A stretch of 64,000 bases of DNA from a virus. The stretch lies in IMG/VR virus record IMGVR_UViG_3300036770_004485. One strand, given 5' to 3'. Both the position numbers and the translations under genes were made by a program. Positions 27,428 through 36,920 of the stretch are shown one piece after another; positions within the stretch are counted from its first letter, which is position 1, and every line of letters begins with the position of its first letter. The notes below the pieces were generated by a model. It ran no database searches. It worked only from the letters and a program-made list of their open reading frames with translations, and was not told the origin of the DNA.

Positions 27428-27921
27428 GAACGAAGTTTCAGCTGTACGTTGTCCTTGATGGAATTATAGTCGGAATAGTTGCTCCCGTCAAGTGTGTTGT
27501 TATCTACAAACACCTCATCGTATCCAGACCTTTCAAGAATCTTATTCTTGATTTCCAACTGCTTCTTTTCTCTTTGAATTCTTCTCAAAAAAGCGTAGTG
27601 AATAATTTGAGTAAAGTAAGCAAAAGGATTCTGCGATTTCTCTGGATTGAAATTATTGATATACTGTACACAATTTTCAATTCCATCACAAACCATGTCA
27701 TCCTTGAACATATAATTGACAAAGTTTGGTTTGTATGATAGATGAGTTGCAATTTTTAGAAAGCATTCCCCAATATAATTTGGAATACGTGGTTTTGGCA
27801 GACCCTGTTCTTGTGCCACAACGATTTCTTTTTTATATTCGATGATAGCCGCAAGAAATTCTTTATTGTTTACGTAATGCTCTGACCTCTTACGGGTTTT
27901 AGGCATGTTAGTTATTAGCAT
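27424..27921 (-). CDS. gp55: Late transcription sigma factor gp55
   Basis: HYVNNKEFL, YIGECFLKIA, NPFAYFTQIIHYAFLRRI. Confidence 0.95.
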   Translation of the reverse strand: MLITNMPKTRKRSEHYVNNKEFLAAIIEYKKEIVVAQEQGLPKPRIPNYIGECFLKIATHLSYKPNFVNYMFKDDMVCDGIENCVQYINNFNPEKSQNPFAYFTQIIHYAFLRRIQREKKQLEIKNKILERSGYDEVFVDNNTLDGSNYSDYNSIKDNVQLKLRS

Positions 27922-27950
27922 GTATAAGTTTTAATTTATAACGTAATATC

Positions 27951-27978
27951 ATTATAGCACAAACAAAGGGCTTGACAA
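27951..27978 (-). promoter_or_regulatory. sigma70 promoter TTGTCA-N16-TATAAT for gp55
   Basis: -10 at 27951-27956 (TGc extension); -35 at 27973-27978. Confidence 0.7.
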
Positions 27979-28000
27979 GTCCCCAAAATGTGTGTAGACT
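27972..28000 (+). promoter_or_regulatory. Antisense sigma70 promoter TTGACA-N17-TAGACT
   Basis: -35 at 27972-27977, -10 at 27995-28000; points into the 3' end of the 131-aa gene. Confidence 0.55.
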
Positions 28001-28025
28001 ACCTTTGTCCGGGTTGAAGAGATAA

Positions 28026-28421
28026 TTATATTCTATAGAGTTTCTCTAAGATCTCTTTAGCTTCAATCACACTAGATATATATCCCATTTTACGATTTAG
28101 TGTTTCTTTGTTTGGAGTTGAACTATTTGATGAAGATTCACGGACGTATTGATGATAAACAGAGATTATTTCAATATTATTATTTTCAGTAATTGTTACA
28201 ACTCTGTTCATATCAATGATGAACAAATCTTCATCTGTAGTTTTTATCCAAGGTTCAACTTTCCAACCAACAGTCCCATATTTTTTTAATTTAATTTCTT
28301 CTACTATAATTGGATGAGAAAGTAGAAGCAAAGTCCTATCATCTTCATCACATACTGCAACTTTTGAAAAAAGTTCTTCACCAGTTATAAGTTTAATGGT
28401 TGCGTAAAAATCTTCTTCCAT
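28026..28421 (-). CDS. Small protein, putative Sm-like fold
   Basis: IKLITGEELFSKV..HP..EPWI..DLFIIDMNRVVTITE; resembles the pair upstream of gp43. Confidence 0.7.
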   Translation of the reverse strand: MEEDFYATIKLITGEELFSKVAVCDEDDRTLLLLSHPIIVEEIKLKKYGTVGWKVEPWIKTTDEDLFIIDMNRVVTITENNNIEIISVYHQYVRESSSNSSTPNKETLNRKMGYISSVIEAKEILEKLYRI

Positions 28422-28422
28422 G

Positions 28423-29886
28423 TTATTTTAGATTGACGGTGATGATTTCGTAGTTGAAGTTTTCCTCATTGTAAATTCTAATACGTTCTATCAAATGATT
28501 TAGAGTATAATTTTTTTTAGAATTATGAGTGCAATCATCTGCAATGTCAAAAAGAATTGCTTTTGTTTTATTATTGCCTTTACGCAAAACTCTTCCAATA
28601 CTTTGTAAATTACGAATTCTCGATTTACTAGGTGATGCAAATATTACATTATGAAGATTTTTAATGTTAATACCTGTGGAAAAAGTTCCATAACTAGCGA
28701 CAATAATTGCATTATCTTCTGACTCAGTAATGGTTCTAACTTCCTCACGTTCTTGAGCATCCACTCCACCATGTACGAAGAAAACCTTTCGACTTTCATT
28801 CGCCTTTTTGTTATTTATTTCCTTATAAAGGATCTCACCATGAGTTTCGACTCTACTGTATAATACGAGAGTGTTTCCTTTTAGATCTATTGCAAGATTT
28901 GTAATGAACTTATTTCTTTGTTCATGAGTAATTAAATATTGAATTTCGTCTTCATAGGTTTCAAATTTTTTTGGAGAATGTTTGAGTACAATGCAGTTGA
29001 TATCAAGTTTGGATAGGAATCCTTTCTCCATCAATTCTTCTGTACGAATAATCTTGTATGATGGACCGAATAATCCTTCCAATACCCATTTATGAGTTTG
29101 AGTTCCATCAAGTGTTCCAGTAAATCCAAACCTATACTTTGCAGTATGAAGTTTAGTCATGATTTGAATCAAAGACTTTGATTTGAAAAGATGTGCCTCA
29201 TCTCCAATTACAACATCGTATTTTTCAAACCACTTCCTTTCAAGTTTATAGATAGATTGCCACGTGGTAATAGTAATTGGACGATCATCAACCTTTTCAC
29301 GACCAGAATAGATTAGGTGACAATAAGATTCTGCATCCCAACCATAGTCCTGAAAGTCTTTATACATCTGTTCTACAAGACTGGTCGTTGGAACAACTAG
29401 AAGTATTCGTAAATTCCTTTCTGAATAGTATCTTACGATTGAATAAATCATCAACGATTTGCCTGAAGCAGTGGGAGATATCAATAGTCTTCTATTGTGC
29501 CGTAAAGCATCGTATACTCCCTCTACTTGATACTCTCTTGGAGAATGAGAGCAAATAGATTTCATATAATTTTCTACACCCTCCTTTGAAATGTCTTCAT
29601 TTACTTCAAAAGGAGTTCCAAAAAATTTATTGTCTACAAACTTATATTCGTATCCGTAACGTTTGCAAAAAGATATAAGTTTGTCTAGAAGTCCAACATA
29701 AATTTCGCCTGTTGCTGTAGAGAATAGGCGAATTTTTCCGTCCCAATATTTGTTTCTATATTGAGGCATAAATTTTGCACCTGGAACATCAAATGTAAAT
29801 TCATCCGATAGTTCTTGATAAACGTGAGGTTCTGCGTTTACTTTAAGATATACTTCATTTTTCTTTTCAATACTAATTTCAACCAT
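28423..29886 (-). CDS. uvsW: SF2 RNA-DNA/DNA-DNA helicase UvsW
   Basis: PTASGKS, GDEAH, GFTGT, LQSIGRVLR. Confidence 0.96.
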   Translation of the reverse strand: MVEISIEKKNEVYLKVNAEPHVYQELSDEFTFDVPGAKFMPQYRNKYWDGKIRLFSTATGEIYVGLLDKLISFCKRYGYEYKFVDNKFFGTPFEVNEDISKEGVENYMKSICSHSPREYQVEGVYDALRHNRRLLISPTASGKSLMIYSIVRYYSERNLRILLVVPTTSLVEQMYKDFQDYGWDAESYCHLIYSGREKVDDRPITITTWQSIYKLERKWFEKYDVVIGDEAHLFKSKSLIQIMTKLHTAKYRFGFTGTLDGTQTHKWVLEGLFGPSYKIIRTEELMEKGFLSKLDINCIVLKHSPKKFETYEDEIQYLITHEQRNKFITNLAIDLKGNTLVLYSRVETHGEILYKEINNKKANESRKVFFVHGGVDAQEREEVRTITESEDNAIIVASYGTFSTGINIKNLHNVIFASPSKSRIRNLQSIGRVLRKGNNKTKAILFDIADDCTHNSKKNYTLNHLIERIRIYNEENFNYEIITVNLK

Positions 29887-30310
29887 AACCTGCTACAAAT
29901 TTTTGCCACTCGATGGCATTCTTTATCTGATAAGTGCGATTACTTATCTGTTTGAGAATGCTCTCAATATAATTTAGCATTGTTTCATAATAGTCAATTT
30001 TGAGATTGATATTCATCAAAGATTCATCTGCATCCAGGTACTTTGTAAGAGTATCTTTATCTCGTATTTTTTTAGGAAATGGATTCTCTACATATACCTC
30101 TGGATCTGCCTTTCCAGAATAGTATTCATATCTGTCATGTCTAATATTTTTACGTTGCTGTTCTGCTTTTTTACGCAACAAAAGCACGCTATTGAATAGT
30201 TCATGATATTTTGCGTGTAAAGAAGGTATTTTTAGTGATTCTTCGTGCAAATTATCTTGATCAATCTGTGAGTCTTTTTCCCACATACTTTGTATAGTTT
30301 CAAGATTCAT
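29879..30310 (-). CDS. uvsY: Recombination mediator UvsY
   Basis: WEKDSQID..SLKIPSLHAKY; RTYQIKNAIEW; position before uvsW. Confidence 0.9.
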   Translation of the reverse strand: MNLETIQSMWEKDSQIDQDNLHEESLKIPSLHAKYHELFNSVLLLRKKAEQQRKNIRHDRYEYYSGKADPEVYVENPFPKKIRDKDTLTKYLDADESLMNINLKIDYYETMLNYIESILKQISNRTYQIKNAIEWQKFVAGYG

Positions 30311-30876
30311 AAAGGATTGCCAGCCAAGTCGGTGATAGTATATAAAGTATACTTGAAAGTTACATCTGCTGTAAAGTATTCAATATCATTCTCTGTTGCA
30401 TCAAATTGCAGAGTAGAAAGTGATACTGGAAACATTCCATAAAACTTTACAAGGAATTGTGGGTTCAAAGTACTATTAAGAACTTCAAGGGTTGCGTCAG
30501 AATATAGAACTTCTTCTGATTTATAAAATTGTTGATTGTAAAGGTCTGAATTTTTGCCAGAAATTTCAGAATAAATTTCTCTCAAACTTTCTGGAAACCC
30601 CATTCCTCTCATCCAATTTTGCAACTGCATATAATTGGAAAGATCTTCATCAATCAAAAAACGAAGATTGAAATCTTGAAATTCTAATTTGTCCCCTGGC
30701 CTAGGTATATCTTTTAGATATGTCGGTTGAACAGCAACTCCCAAATCAATTCCTGGGATTTGTGCAGTATTTGAAAAAAAACTTACCTTTGGACAACGTT
30801 GGATTGTAAAATTAAATCCAGTCGGAGAAAGATAATTTCTATTCTGTATTTGCTTATCGTATATTGAACGTGCCAT
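30307..30876 (-). CDS. gp3: Tail completion / tube terminator gp3
   Basis: NRNYLSPTGF, PGIDLG, PGDKL, FPVSLSTLQFD, VTFKYT. Confidence 0.88.
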   Translation of the reverse strand: MARSIYDKQIQNRNYLSPTGFNFTIQRCPKVSFFSNTAQIPGIDLGVAVQPTYLKDIPRPGDKLEFQDFNLRFLIDEDLSNYMQLQNWMRGMGFPESLREIYSEISGKNSDLYNQQFYKSEEVLYSDATLEVLNSTLNPQFLVKFYGMFPVSLSTLQFDATENDIEYFTADVTFKYTLYTITDLAGNPL

Positions 30877-30899
30877 TAGTTCCGCAGGTCTCCATCATG

Positions 30900-31109
30900 C
30901 TATTTATTTCTGTGCCATCCCTCTGGTTCTGTGGCATGTATCCAATCTTTCAAATCACTTACATATTTTCTTAATATCTCTGCTTGTTCGTGATGAAAAA
31001 TATCGCCTGTGGATAAATGAAGTCTTGAATGCAAGTCTATTGCGTCTAGACACTTCTTTATGATTGGGTTCCAGGGTTCCCTAAAAGAAGTATTCCATTC
31101 CCTTGCCAT
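30900..31109 (-). CDS. Small conserved hypothetical protein
   Basis: 69 aa, MAREWNT..EPWN; CTAAATA at 31132-31138 upstream. Confidence 0.75.
   Translation of the reverse strand: MAREWNTSFREPWNPIIKKCLDAIDLHSRLHLSTGDIFHHEQAEILRKYVSDLKDWIHATEPEGWHRNK
30901..30908 (-). promoter_or_regulatory. Late promoter AATAAATA for gp3
   Basis: Encoded by the RNK* codons of the upstream ORF. Confidence 0.65.
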
Positions 31110-31138
31110 ATAATTGAATATGGGAACAATCTATTTAG

Positions 31139-31165
31139 AAAAAAAGAGGGTCCTTTCGGACCCTC
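31139..31165 (-). terminator. Terminator after gp23
   Basis: gagggtcc/ggaccctc stem, GAAA tetraloop, U7 tract; followed by CTAAATA late promoter. Confidence 0.9.
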
Positions 31166-31203
31166 TGATGCACTTCCTTCACACAAGTGAATTATAGCAC
31201 AAA

Positions 31204-32619
31204 TCACATTAGGTTGGTAACCTTGACTCTTCTGTAGTAACGGTTCAGAGAAGGAGCAAGGCGTCCTAGACCCTGATCAGTACCTTCAGCGAATGGGTTG
31301 GCAACTAGACCATAACGGGTCTTAAAGCCAATCTTAGGCTGGAAGTTGTTCTCACCAACGGCACGAACCATTTGGAGAGGAACATAAGGGCAGTAGAAGA
31401 TACCAGCGTCATAAGGTGAAGAACCCTTATAACCAACAACGTAGTACTGATTAGCAGCAACGTTAGCAGCATATGGGTCAATATAGACGCGATACTTACC
31501 ATTGATGGTTCCAGCAAAGGTGTTGCCAGTGTCATCAACGTTGAGGTTAGCGTTCAGAGCAGGGGTGTAATCAAGTACACCAGCCATGGTTAGGGCAGAA
31601 GCAACGTCAGCAGAAGTCATGATGATGTTGCCCTTTCCTCTACGAGTTCTCTGAGCGATAGCGTTGGCATCACGCTCAATCTGGAAGAGGAGACCCTTGA
31701 ACTTCTCAACTGACCAACGACCGTTGGAGTCAACGTCAAGGTTGAACTCACCAGCGGTAGCGGTGTTGACGGTAGCACCCTGTTCAGCAACCTTGTAGAT
31801 GGTTCTGATGACTTCACGGTTGATCTCAGCCAGAATCTCAGTTGAGAGAATGTTGGCAAGTTCAGCCTCAGCATTCAAACCATGAATTGCCTTAAGGTCT
31901 TGAGCGAGTTCTAGTGAATACTCAGCTTTGAGAGCACGTGACTTAGCAGTAACGGTAACTTTCTCGATTGAGAAAGCCATTTCGTTGAAAGCATTGGTGG
32001 TAGTGCCATCAAGTGCTTCAGCATCAGCAGTACCCATGCCCTGACCAACGTTGTACTGCGTTGAAGTAGCAGCACCAACAGGGTTCAGAACTGAAGGGTT
32101 AGTGCCAGTCTGTGAAGTAGTACCGAAACCAGCAGCAACATCAGAGAAGTAGCTGGTGTTATCGAAGCCATGATCCATACCTGAGAAGGAGGTATCAGCT
32201 TCGTTATAGAAGGCTTCAGTGCCACTCATTCCTGGAGTACCAGGAGCAGCATAGCGTGAACGCATTGCAAAGATGAGTCCAGTAGGACCGTTCATTGGTT
32301 GAACGCCAGCGAGGTCATAAGCGACCAGGTTGGGCATTGCACGTCTGATCAATGAGATCAGAACTGGATCGAAACCAGCAACAGGACCAGCACTAGCAGC
32401 ATCAGCACTGAAACCAGCGGCTGAAACTGAACTATTGGTATTGATGGTTGGAGTTTCCATGAGGTTCATGCCACTATTGAAGGCATGTTCTTCACGGAGG
32501 AATTTCTCTTGGTTCTCTAGCAGAACAGCGGTTACAGCTCTACGATGGGAGTCTTGAATGCCTCCATCATGATCAAGAAGCGGCTTCCACTTTTCTACCA
32601 GATGCTCTGAATGGAACAT
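31204..32619 (-). CDS. gp23: Major capsid protein gp23
   Basis: GFDPVLISLIRRAMP, GVQPMNGPTGLIFAMR, EMAFSIEKVTV, FYCPYVPL. Confidence 0.98.
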   Translation of the reverse strand: MFHSEHLVEKWKPLLDHDGGIQDSHRRAVTAVLLENQEKFLREEHAFNSGMNLMETPTINTNSSVSAAGFSADAASAGPVAGFDPVLISLIRRAMPNLVAYDLAGVQPMNGPTGLIFAMRSRYAAPGTPGMSGTEAFYNEADTSFSGMDHGFDNTSYFSDVAAGFGTTSQTGTNPSVLNPVGAATSTQYNVGQGMGTADAEALDGTTTNAFNEMAFSIEKVTVTAKSRALKAEYSLELAQDLKAIHGLNAEAELANILSTEILAEINREVIRTIYKVAEQGATVNTATAGEFNLDVDSNGRWSVEKFKGLLFQIERDANAIAQRTRRGKGNIIMTSADVASALTMAGVLDYTPALNANLNVDDTGNTFAGTINGKYRVYIDPYAANVAANQYYVVGYKGSSPYDAGIFYCPYVPLQMVRAVGENNFQPKIGFKTRYGLVANPFAEGTDQGLGRLAPSLNRYYRRVKVTNLM

Positions 32620-32663
32620 TGGTTTTTACCTTTGGTAAACGTTTGGGTTTGTTAATCTTAAAT

Positions 32664-33746
32664 TCACTTGGTATTCATCTTGCTGAGCATCTCGATGTAG
32701 GATGACATACCACCAGTAGGAACTTCGGTATGATCTACACCTTCAGATAGGGTATCAGCAGTTGATGATTGAGTCACTGATCTGGTATTAGAGAAATATG
32801 ATTCTCTCAGTGTGACCAGTTTTTCTCTAAACGATTCTTCACCATCAAACTCAACACCTTCGGCAAGTGAAGCGAGCTTCTCTTTCTGGGTCTCAGCAAG
32901 ACCTTCAGAGACATCAGCAAGAATTCCATCAGCAACCGACTCTGCGAGACGGCGATTGAGGGAAATATTCTTTTCGATTTGCTCGTTGAGTTTAGTCTCC
33001 ATGTCATCTAACTTATCTGCCATGGCAGACAAGACATCATATTTCTCTTCAGGAATTGATACATAATGTTCTTCAAAAAGTGACTTCATACCTTCTAAGA
33101 AGGATTCAGTCATTTCAACTTTAAGTCCTCTTTCTACAGCGATTTGATTCTCTGAGATCCACTCATCTGCAACATACTCTAGATAAGAATCAACACGCTC
33201 TTGAAGTTCTACTTTGAGTTCTTCTACTTCCTCTGCAAGAGCCATAGCATATTGCTCTTCCAGGGATTCTCTGATTTCTGCTACCTTAGACTTAAGGGCA
33301 GCTTCAAAAATGGTTTTTGCTTTTTCCTTGAACTCTTCTGAAAGTTCTTCTCCACCGAGAAGAGCATTGACATCTTCTTCGACATCAATTTCTTCTTCTA
33401 CGATTTCATCTTCATCTTCTTCAGTTTCATCAACTTCGGATAGCACTTCTTCATCATCAAGTTCTTCTTCTTCTTTCATACCTTTCATGCCATCGGCACT
33501 CTTGGCACCTTTATTCACAACATCACGAACTTGCTTCAAAGTCCCACCAGGAGTTTTCAGTTTTGCACTATCGTCATCAGAACGATAGTTTTCTGGGGTA
33601 GGACCTCCCAAATCCTCTACGCTGCCTAGTTGAGTGCCAGGGTCTGCCATTTTTGGCATGGATTCGGCAGCCTTTGCACCAGCATTAACAGCGGTTTTGG
33701 ATTGCTTTGTGCCTACTTCCATTTCTTGTAGATTTCCACGCGACAT
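32664..33746 (-). CDS. gp22: Prohead core scaffold gp22
   Basis: Very acidic; LSEEFKEKAKTIFEAA, DSYLEYVADEW. Confidence 0.92.
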   Translation of the reverse strand: MSRGNLQEMEVGTKQSKTAVNAGAKAAESMPKMADPGTQLGSVEDLGGPTPENYRSDDDSAKLKTPGGTLKQVRDVVNKGAKSADGMKGMKEEEELDDEEVLSEVDETEEDEDEIVEEEIDVEEDVNALLGGEELSEEFKEKAKTIFEAALKSKVAEIRESLEEQYAMALAEEVEELKVELQERVDSYLEYVADEWISENQIAVERGLKVEMTESFLEGMKSLFEEHYVSIPEEKYDVLSAMADKLDDMETKLNEQIEKNISLNRRLAESVADGILADVSEGLAETQKEKLASLAEGVEFDGEESFREKLVTLRESYFSNTRSVTQSSTADTLSEGVDHTEVPTGGMSSYIEMLSKMNTK

Positions 33747-33782
33747 TTGAAGTTCTCCGATTTAAACCTTTGTATTAGTCTA

Positions 33783-33794
33783 TATTTATTTATA
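33783..33794 (-). promoter_or_regulatory. Tandem late promoters TATAAATA/AATAAATA for gp22-gp23
   Basis: Exact consensus at 33787-33794 overlapping a second box at 33783-33790. Confidence 0.8.
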
Positions 33795-33795
33795 A

Positions 33796-34446
33796 TTAGA
33801 TATTTTGTAAGAAGTCATTAAAGAGACGTAATTTATTCTCATCAAGTCTCTTTTGATCAACTAAAGTATTGATCTCTTTGTATGTCTTTTTAGCGTATGC
33901 TTCACGCAATACGCCTCCATCCCATACCCACTCTTTTCCTTCCATAATACCTTCAACAAAAGCATCAGGAGCAGAAGGATCGGCAACAATATCAGCAGCA
34001 GTTGCTAACATGAAATCATCGCTGACAACATTGATTCCCTCTCTTGTTAATTTGAGAGAACCAATTCCTCTAGAAGAAACCCCCAGTTTTACACCTTCAT
34101 CAATAAGAGAAGATGCAATCTTTCCCATTGGAGTATTGAGAATTTTCGCTTTGCCAATAAAATTGTTACCACTTTCTCTGAGTGAAATAATTTTGTGAGA
34201 AACTCTATCAAGGTTTACCGTTGGACCTTCTGGATGTCCTAGTTCACCTAGAGCTCTTCCTTTCATCACATGATTCTCATTGTATCTACCAACTTCACGC
34301 CTGAGCGTTTCCATTGGATACATACGACCATTGCGGTTTTTGATATTACCTTGGAGGAAGATTCCTTCGATATAGAGTTGTTTCTTGCCGTTTTTTGACT
34401 CGACAAGAAACTCAACTGATTCGATTTCTTCTGTGATGAGCTTCAT
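33796..34446 (-). CDS. gp21: Prohead protease gp21
   Basis: MKLITEE, NRNGRMYP, ALGELGHP, LGVSSRGIGS, ADPSAPDAFV. Confidence 0.96.
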   Translation of the reverse strand: MKLITEEIESVEFLVESKNGKKQLYIEGIFLQGNIKNRNGRMYPMETLRREVGRYNENHVMKGRALGELGHPEGPTVNLDRVSHKIISLRESGNNFIGKAKILNTPMGKIASSLIDEGVKLGVSSRGIGSLKLTREGINVVSDDFMLATAADIVADPSAPDAFVEGIMEGKEWVWDGGVLREAYAKKTYKEINTLVDQKRLDENKLRLFNDFLQNI

Positions 34447-34448
34447 TT

Positions 34449-34976
34449 TTATGCCTGAGATGAAATTTGTATTTCGGCAATACTGAGTGGTGCCGCTGAA
34501 ACTGTACCTAATGCAGAAATTTTTATGCTCCTGGCAACGGTAGCACTGGTAAGTGCAATACCTGTTATTGCTGAACTATTATGAGAAATGGTAATCGAAG
34601 AATCTGTTGTTGCCGTGACAAGATTATGTGTTGTATTAATGCCTGCAGGATGTGCATTTTCAATCGTTACATAATCCCCAACTAAAAATGGATTACCAGC
34701 ATTTTCAGCAAAAGCAATAACTGTGGTTGTTCCTGTTGTAATGCCAGAAATTCTTTGTCTTGCAACTCTCTCTTTTATAATTTCAGATCTTTGAGTTGGG
34801 ACATGGAAAGAATTAATCGTGGCAACAGGATCTCCACCGATATCAAGATAAACTGCGGTTGCTGCTGTTGATACTCTAAGGTATCCAGTTTTTAGTGCAA
34901 TGCCACCGGTTGTAGTTGCAGCACCAGAACCTGCAGTAAGTTGATTATATGTTTGTACAATCTTTAATGCCATCAC
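34449..34976 (-). CDS. Conserved beta-rich hypothetical protein in the head operon
   Basis: 175 aa, T/A/G/I-rich; coupled to its neighbours. Confidence 0.75.
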   Translation of the reverse strand: MMALKIVQTYNQLTAGSGAATTTGGIALKTGYLRVSTAATAVYLDIGGDPVATINSFHVPTQRSEIIKERVARQRISGITTGTTTVIAFAENAGNPFLVGDYVTIENAHPAGINTTHNLVTATTDSSITISHNSSAITGIALTSATVARSIKISALGTVSAAPLSIAEIQISSQA

Positions 34977-35179
34977 TCTTCCTCTTCGGATTCTTCTTCA
35001 TAATCATCTTCTTCAACTTCTTCATCATCTACATCATGCTCTCCAAACAAAGATGAAGCAGCATATGGTTTCATACCATCAACTCTTTCAGATGCTTTTG
35101 AAAAGAGAATCTCCTTCATTTTATCTGAAATAGAAGATGGAGATTCATCAGTCACCATTAAATCCATTAATTCTTCCAT
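34973..35179 (-). CDS. Probable prohead core protein (gp67/gp68 position)
   Basis: Small and acidic, directly after portal; likely start MEELM at 35179. Confidence 0.65.
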   Translation of the reverse strand: MEELMDLMVTDESPSSISDKMKEILFSKASERVDGMKPYAASSLFGEHDVDDEEVEEDDYEEESEEEE

Positions 35180-35200
35180 TTTATTAATAAACAAAGACTA

Positions 35201-35212
35201 TATTTATTTATA
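35201..35212 (-). promoter_or_regulatory. Tandem late promoters TATAAATA/AATAAATA
   Basis: Overlap the gp20 stop codon. Confidence 0.75.
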
Positions 35213-36890
35213 TTTCACCACCTTTGGGTGTTTTTACTTCTGTTGTACTTCCTTGAGATTCTAAATCTGGTTCCATTACTGGTTTGCCTAGGTCTGGACC
35301 AGCACCAACTGCTCCCTCTTGAGCACCCATTTGTCCAACCCCATCCATTGCCATTGCTGCTTCCAATGGATCTACAATGATTCCATCTTCAATTTCTTTT
35401 TTGATCTTTGCATCTTCTTCAAGAATGTCTGCATCTGTTTGACGAATAATCTTACGACGAACATAATCTTGTGAGAAGTACTTGCCAATGTAAGGTTCTG
35501 CTAAGGTTGCAAGATTGATTCTATTTTCCATCAATTCTGCTTCTTTCAATTCGGAAAAATGATTATCATATAGGAAGTCAAACTGAATATGTTCAGACAT
35601 TGACTCCCAATCTTCTGGGGTAATGATATTTTTAAGGAGAAGTTGTGTCCTCAACATATCAAGGAACATAGCAGAAAATCTTTTTCTTAGACGACCAACA
35701 AACTTACTGAACTTGAGTTCATCTCTTAGAATTTCTGACGAACGTCCAAGGTTGAAACCACCATCTCCTTCAATACGAGAGATGGGAACATTTAGTGATT
35801 TGTAAAGTTTCTTTTTGAAATATTCAACGTCTGTTAGTTCACCAAGATTCTGTCCACCAGGAAGAGTTGTAATTTCTGTACCACGACCACCCTCTCTACG
35901 TGGTAACCAAAAATCTTCCATCATAGACATAAACTTTTTATCATCACGAATTTCACCAGTCGCAGCATTATAAACTAGTTTATTTCTATAACGAGACATT
36001 ACATCACGCAAGTATTGTTCCGCTTTTACTTTTGGAAGATTGCCTACATCGATATAAAAAATTCTACGCTCTGGAGCACGAGATAGTCTGTAGATAACGA
36101 GACTATCTTCAATCATACGAAGTTGATTGAGTGCTTTGATTGCTTTGTGTAGATATGAAAGTGTTGATCCTTTATTTCTATCTACAAGACCAGATGTGCA
36201 ATATGTAATTGAGTCCTTTGAAAATCTAACTCCCTTTTGATCTTGAGCAGCAGCTGGATTTCCTACAGGGTAACTGAGTTTTGGAGTATAAATGAAATAC
36301 TCTTCAATCTCTGGAAATGCCTGATCCACTGAATTTAGATCTGTTTTTCTAGCAATAATTCCTTGATCCTTTGTGGTCTTTTTTGCATGACGAACATAAC
36401 GCATTTTTGCTGCATCAATGTATCTCAACTCCTGAATTCCTTTATCAGGTTTTTTAAGATCAATTACTTTGTGGTAATATAGTCTACCATCTACATACCA
36501 GTTTCTATAAATTTCATGAGACTTTTTATCAAAATCCAATAGATCTTTGATAAATTTAAACTCTTCTCTTATTTTTTTCTTTATCCCATCCGAAGCATTG
36601 AGATTTGATAGTTCAATTTCTACAGGACTGTCGTTGAGATCACTTACAATTGCTTCATGTACAATATCTTCAATGGCACTGTCCACCTCTGGGTGCAGTG
36701 CCATTTCTCTATAACGACGAATAAGTTCAACTTCGTTTTTATATGTGCCCTCTAAGTCAATATAAGAACCAAAAAATCCGGAAGTAATATAGTGGTCATT
36801 CCCGTCCTCATCACTTGGAGGAACAGGACTGACCACTGATTTTGATACTTCATCAGTATCCTCAATTGAAAACCCGAATAATTTCGCCAT
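35208..36890 (-). CDS. gp20: Portal protein gp20
   Basis: YREMALHPEVDSAI, WYVDGRLYYH, RAPERRIFYIDVGNLP, EDFWLPRREGGRGTEI. Confidence 0.98.
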   Translation of the reverse strand: MAKLFGFSIEDTDEVSKSVVSPVPPSDEDGNDHYITSGFFGSYIDLEGTYKNEVELIRRYREMALHPEVDSAIEDIVHEAIVSDLNDSPVEIELSNLNASDGIKKKIREEFKFIKDLLDFDKKSHEIYRNWYVDGRLYYHKVIDLKKPDKGIQELRYIDAAKMRYVRHAKKTTKDQGIIARKTDLNSVDQAFPEIEEYFIYTPKLSYPVGNPAAAQDQKGVRFSKDSITYCTSGLVDRNKGSTLSYLHKAIKALNQLRMIEDSLVIYRLSRAPERRIFYIDVGNLPKVKAEQYLRDVMSRYRNKLVYNAATGEIRDDKKFMSMMEDFWLPRREGGRGTEITTLPGGQNLGELTDVEYFKKKLYKSLNVPISRIEGDGGFNLGRSSEILRDELKFSKFVGRLRKRFSAMFLDMLRTQLLLKNIITPEDWESMSEHIQFDFLYDNHFSELKEAELMENRINLATLAEPYIGKYFSQDYVRRKIIRQTDADILEEDAKIKKEIEDGIIVDPLEAAMAMDGVGQMGAQEGAVGAGPDLGKPVMEPDLESQGSTTEVKTPKGGEI

Positions 36891-36912
36891 CGTGTAATTT
36901 TGTCGTATGAAC

Positions 36913-36920
36913 TATTTATT
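36913..36920 (-). promoter_or_regulatory. Late promoter AATAAATA for gp20
   Basis: Overlaps the gp19 stop. Confidence 0.7.

Noticed and set aside
30877-30902. TAG read-through or amber recoding (frame continues HDGDLRN after the stop)
   Set aside because: All long genes are intact under the standard code, several end in TAG, and the stop is part of a late promoter.
32625-32639. TTTACC-AAA-GGTAAA hairpin over the gp23 ribosome-binding site
   Set aside because: AU-rich 6-bp stem with a 3-nt loop, probably too weak to regulate a highly translated gene.
33363-33480. TCTTCT/TCATCA-rich repeat-like stretch
   Set aside because: Just the Glu/Asp-rich linker of scaffold gp22; not a DNA repeat or CRISPR array.
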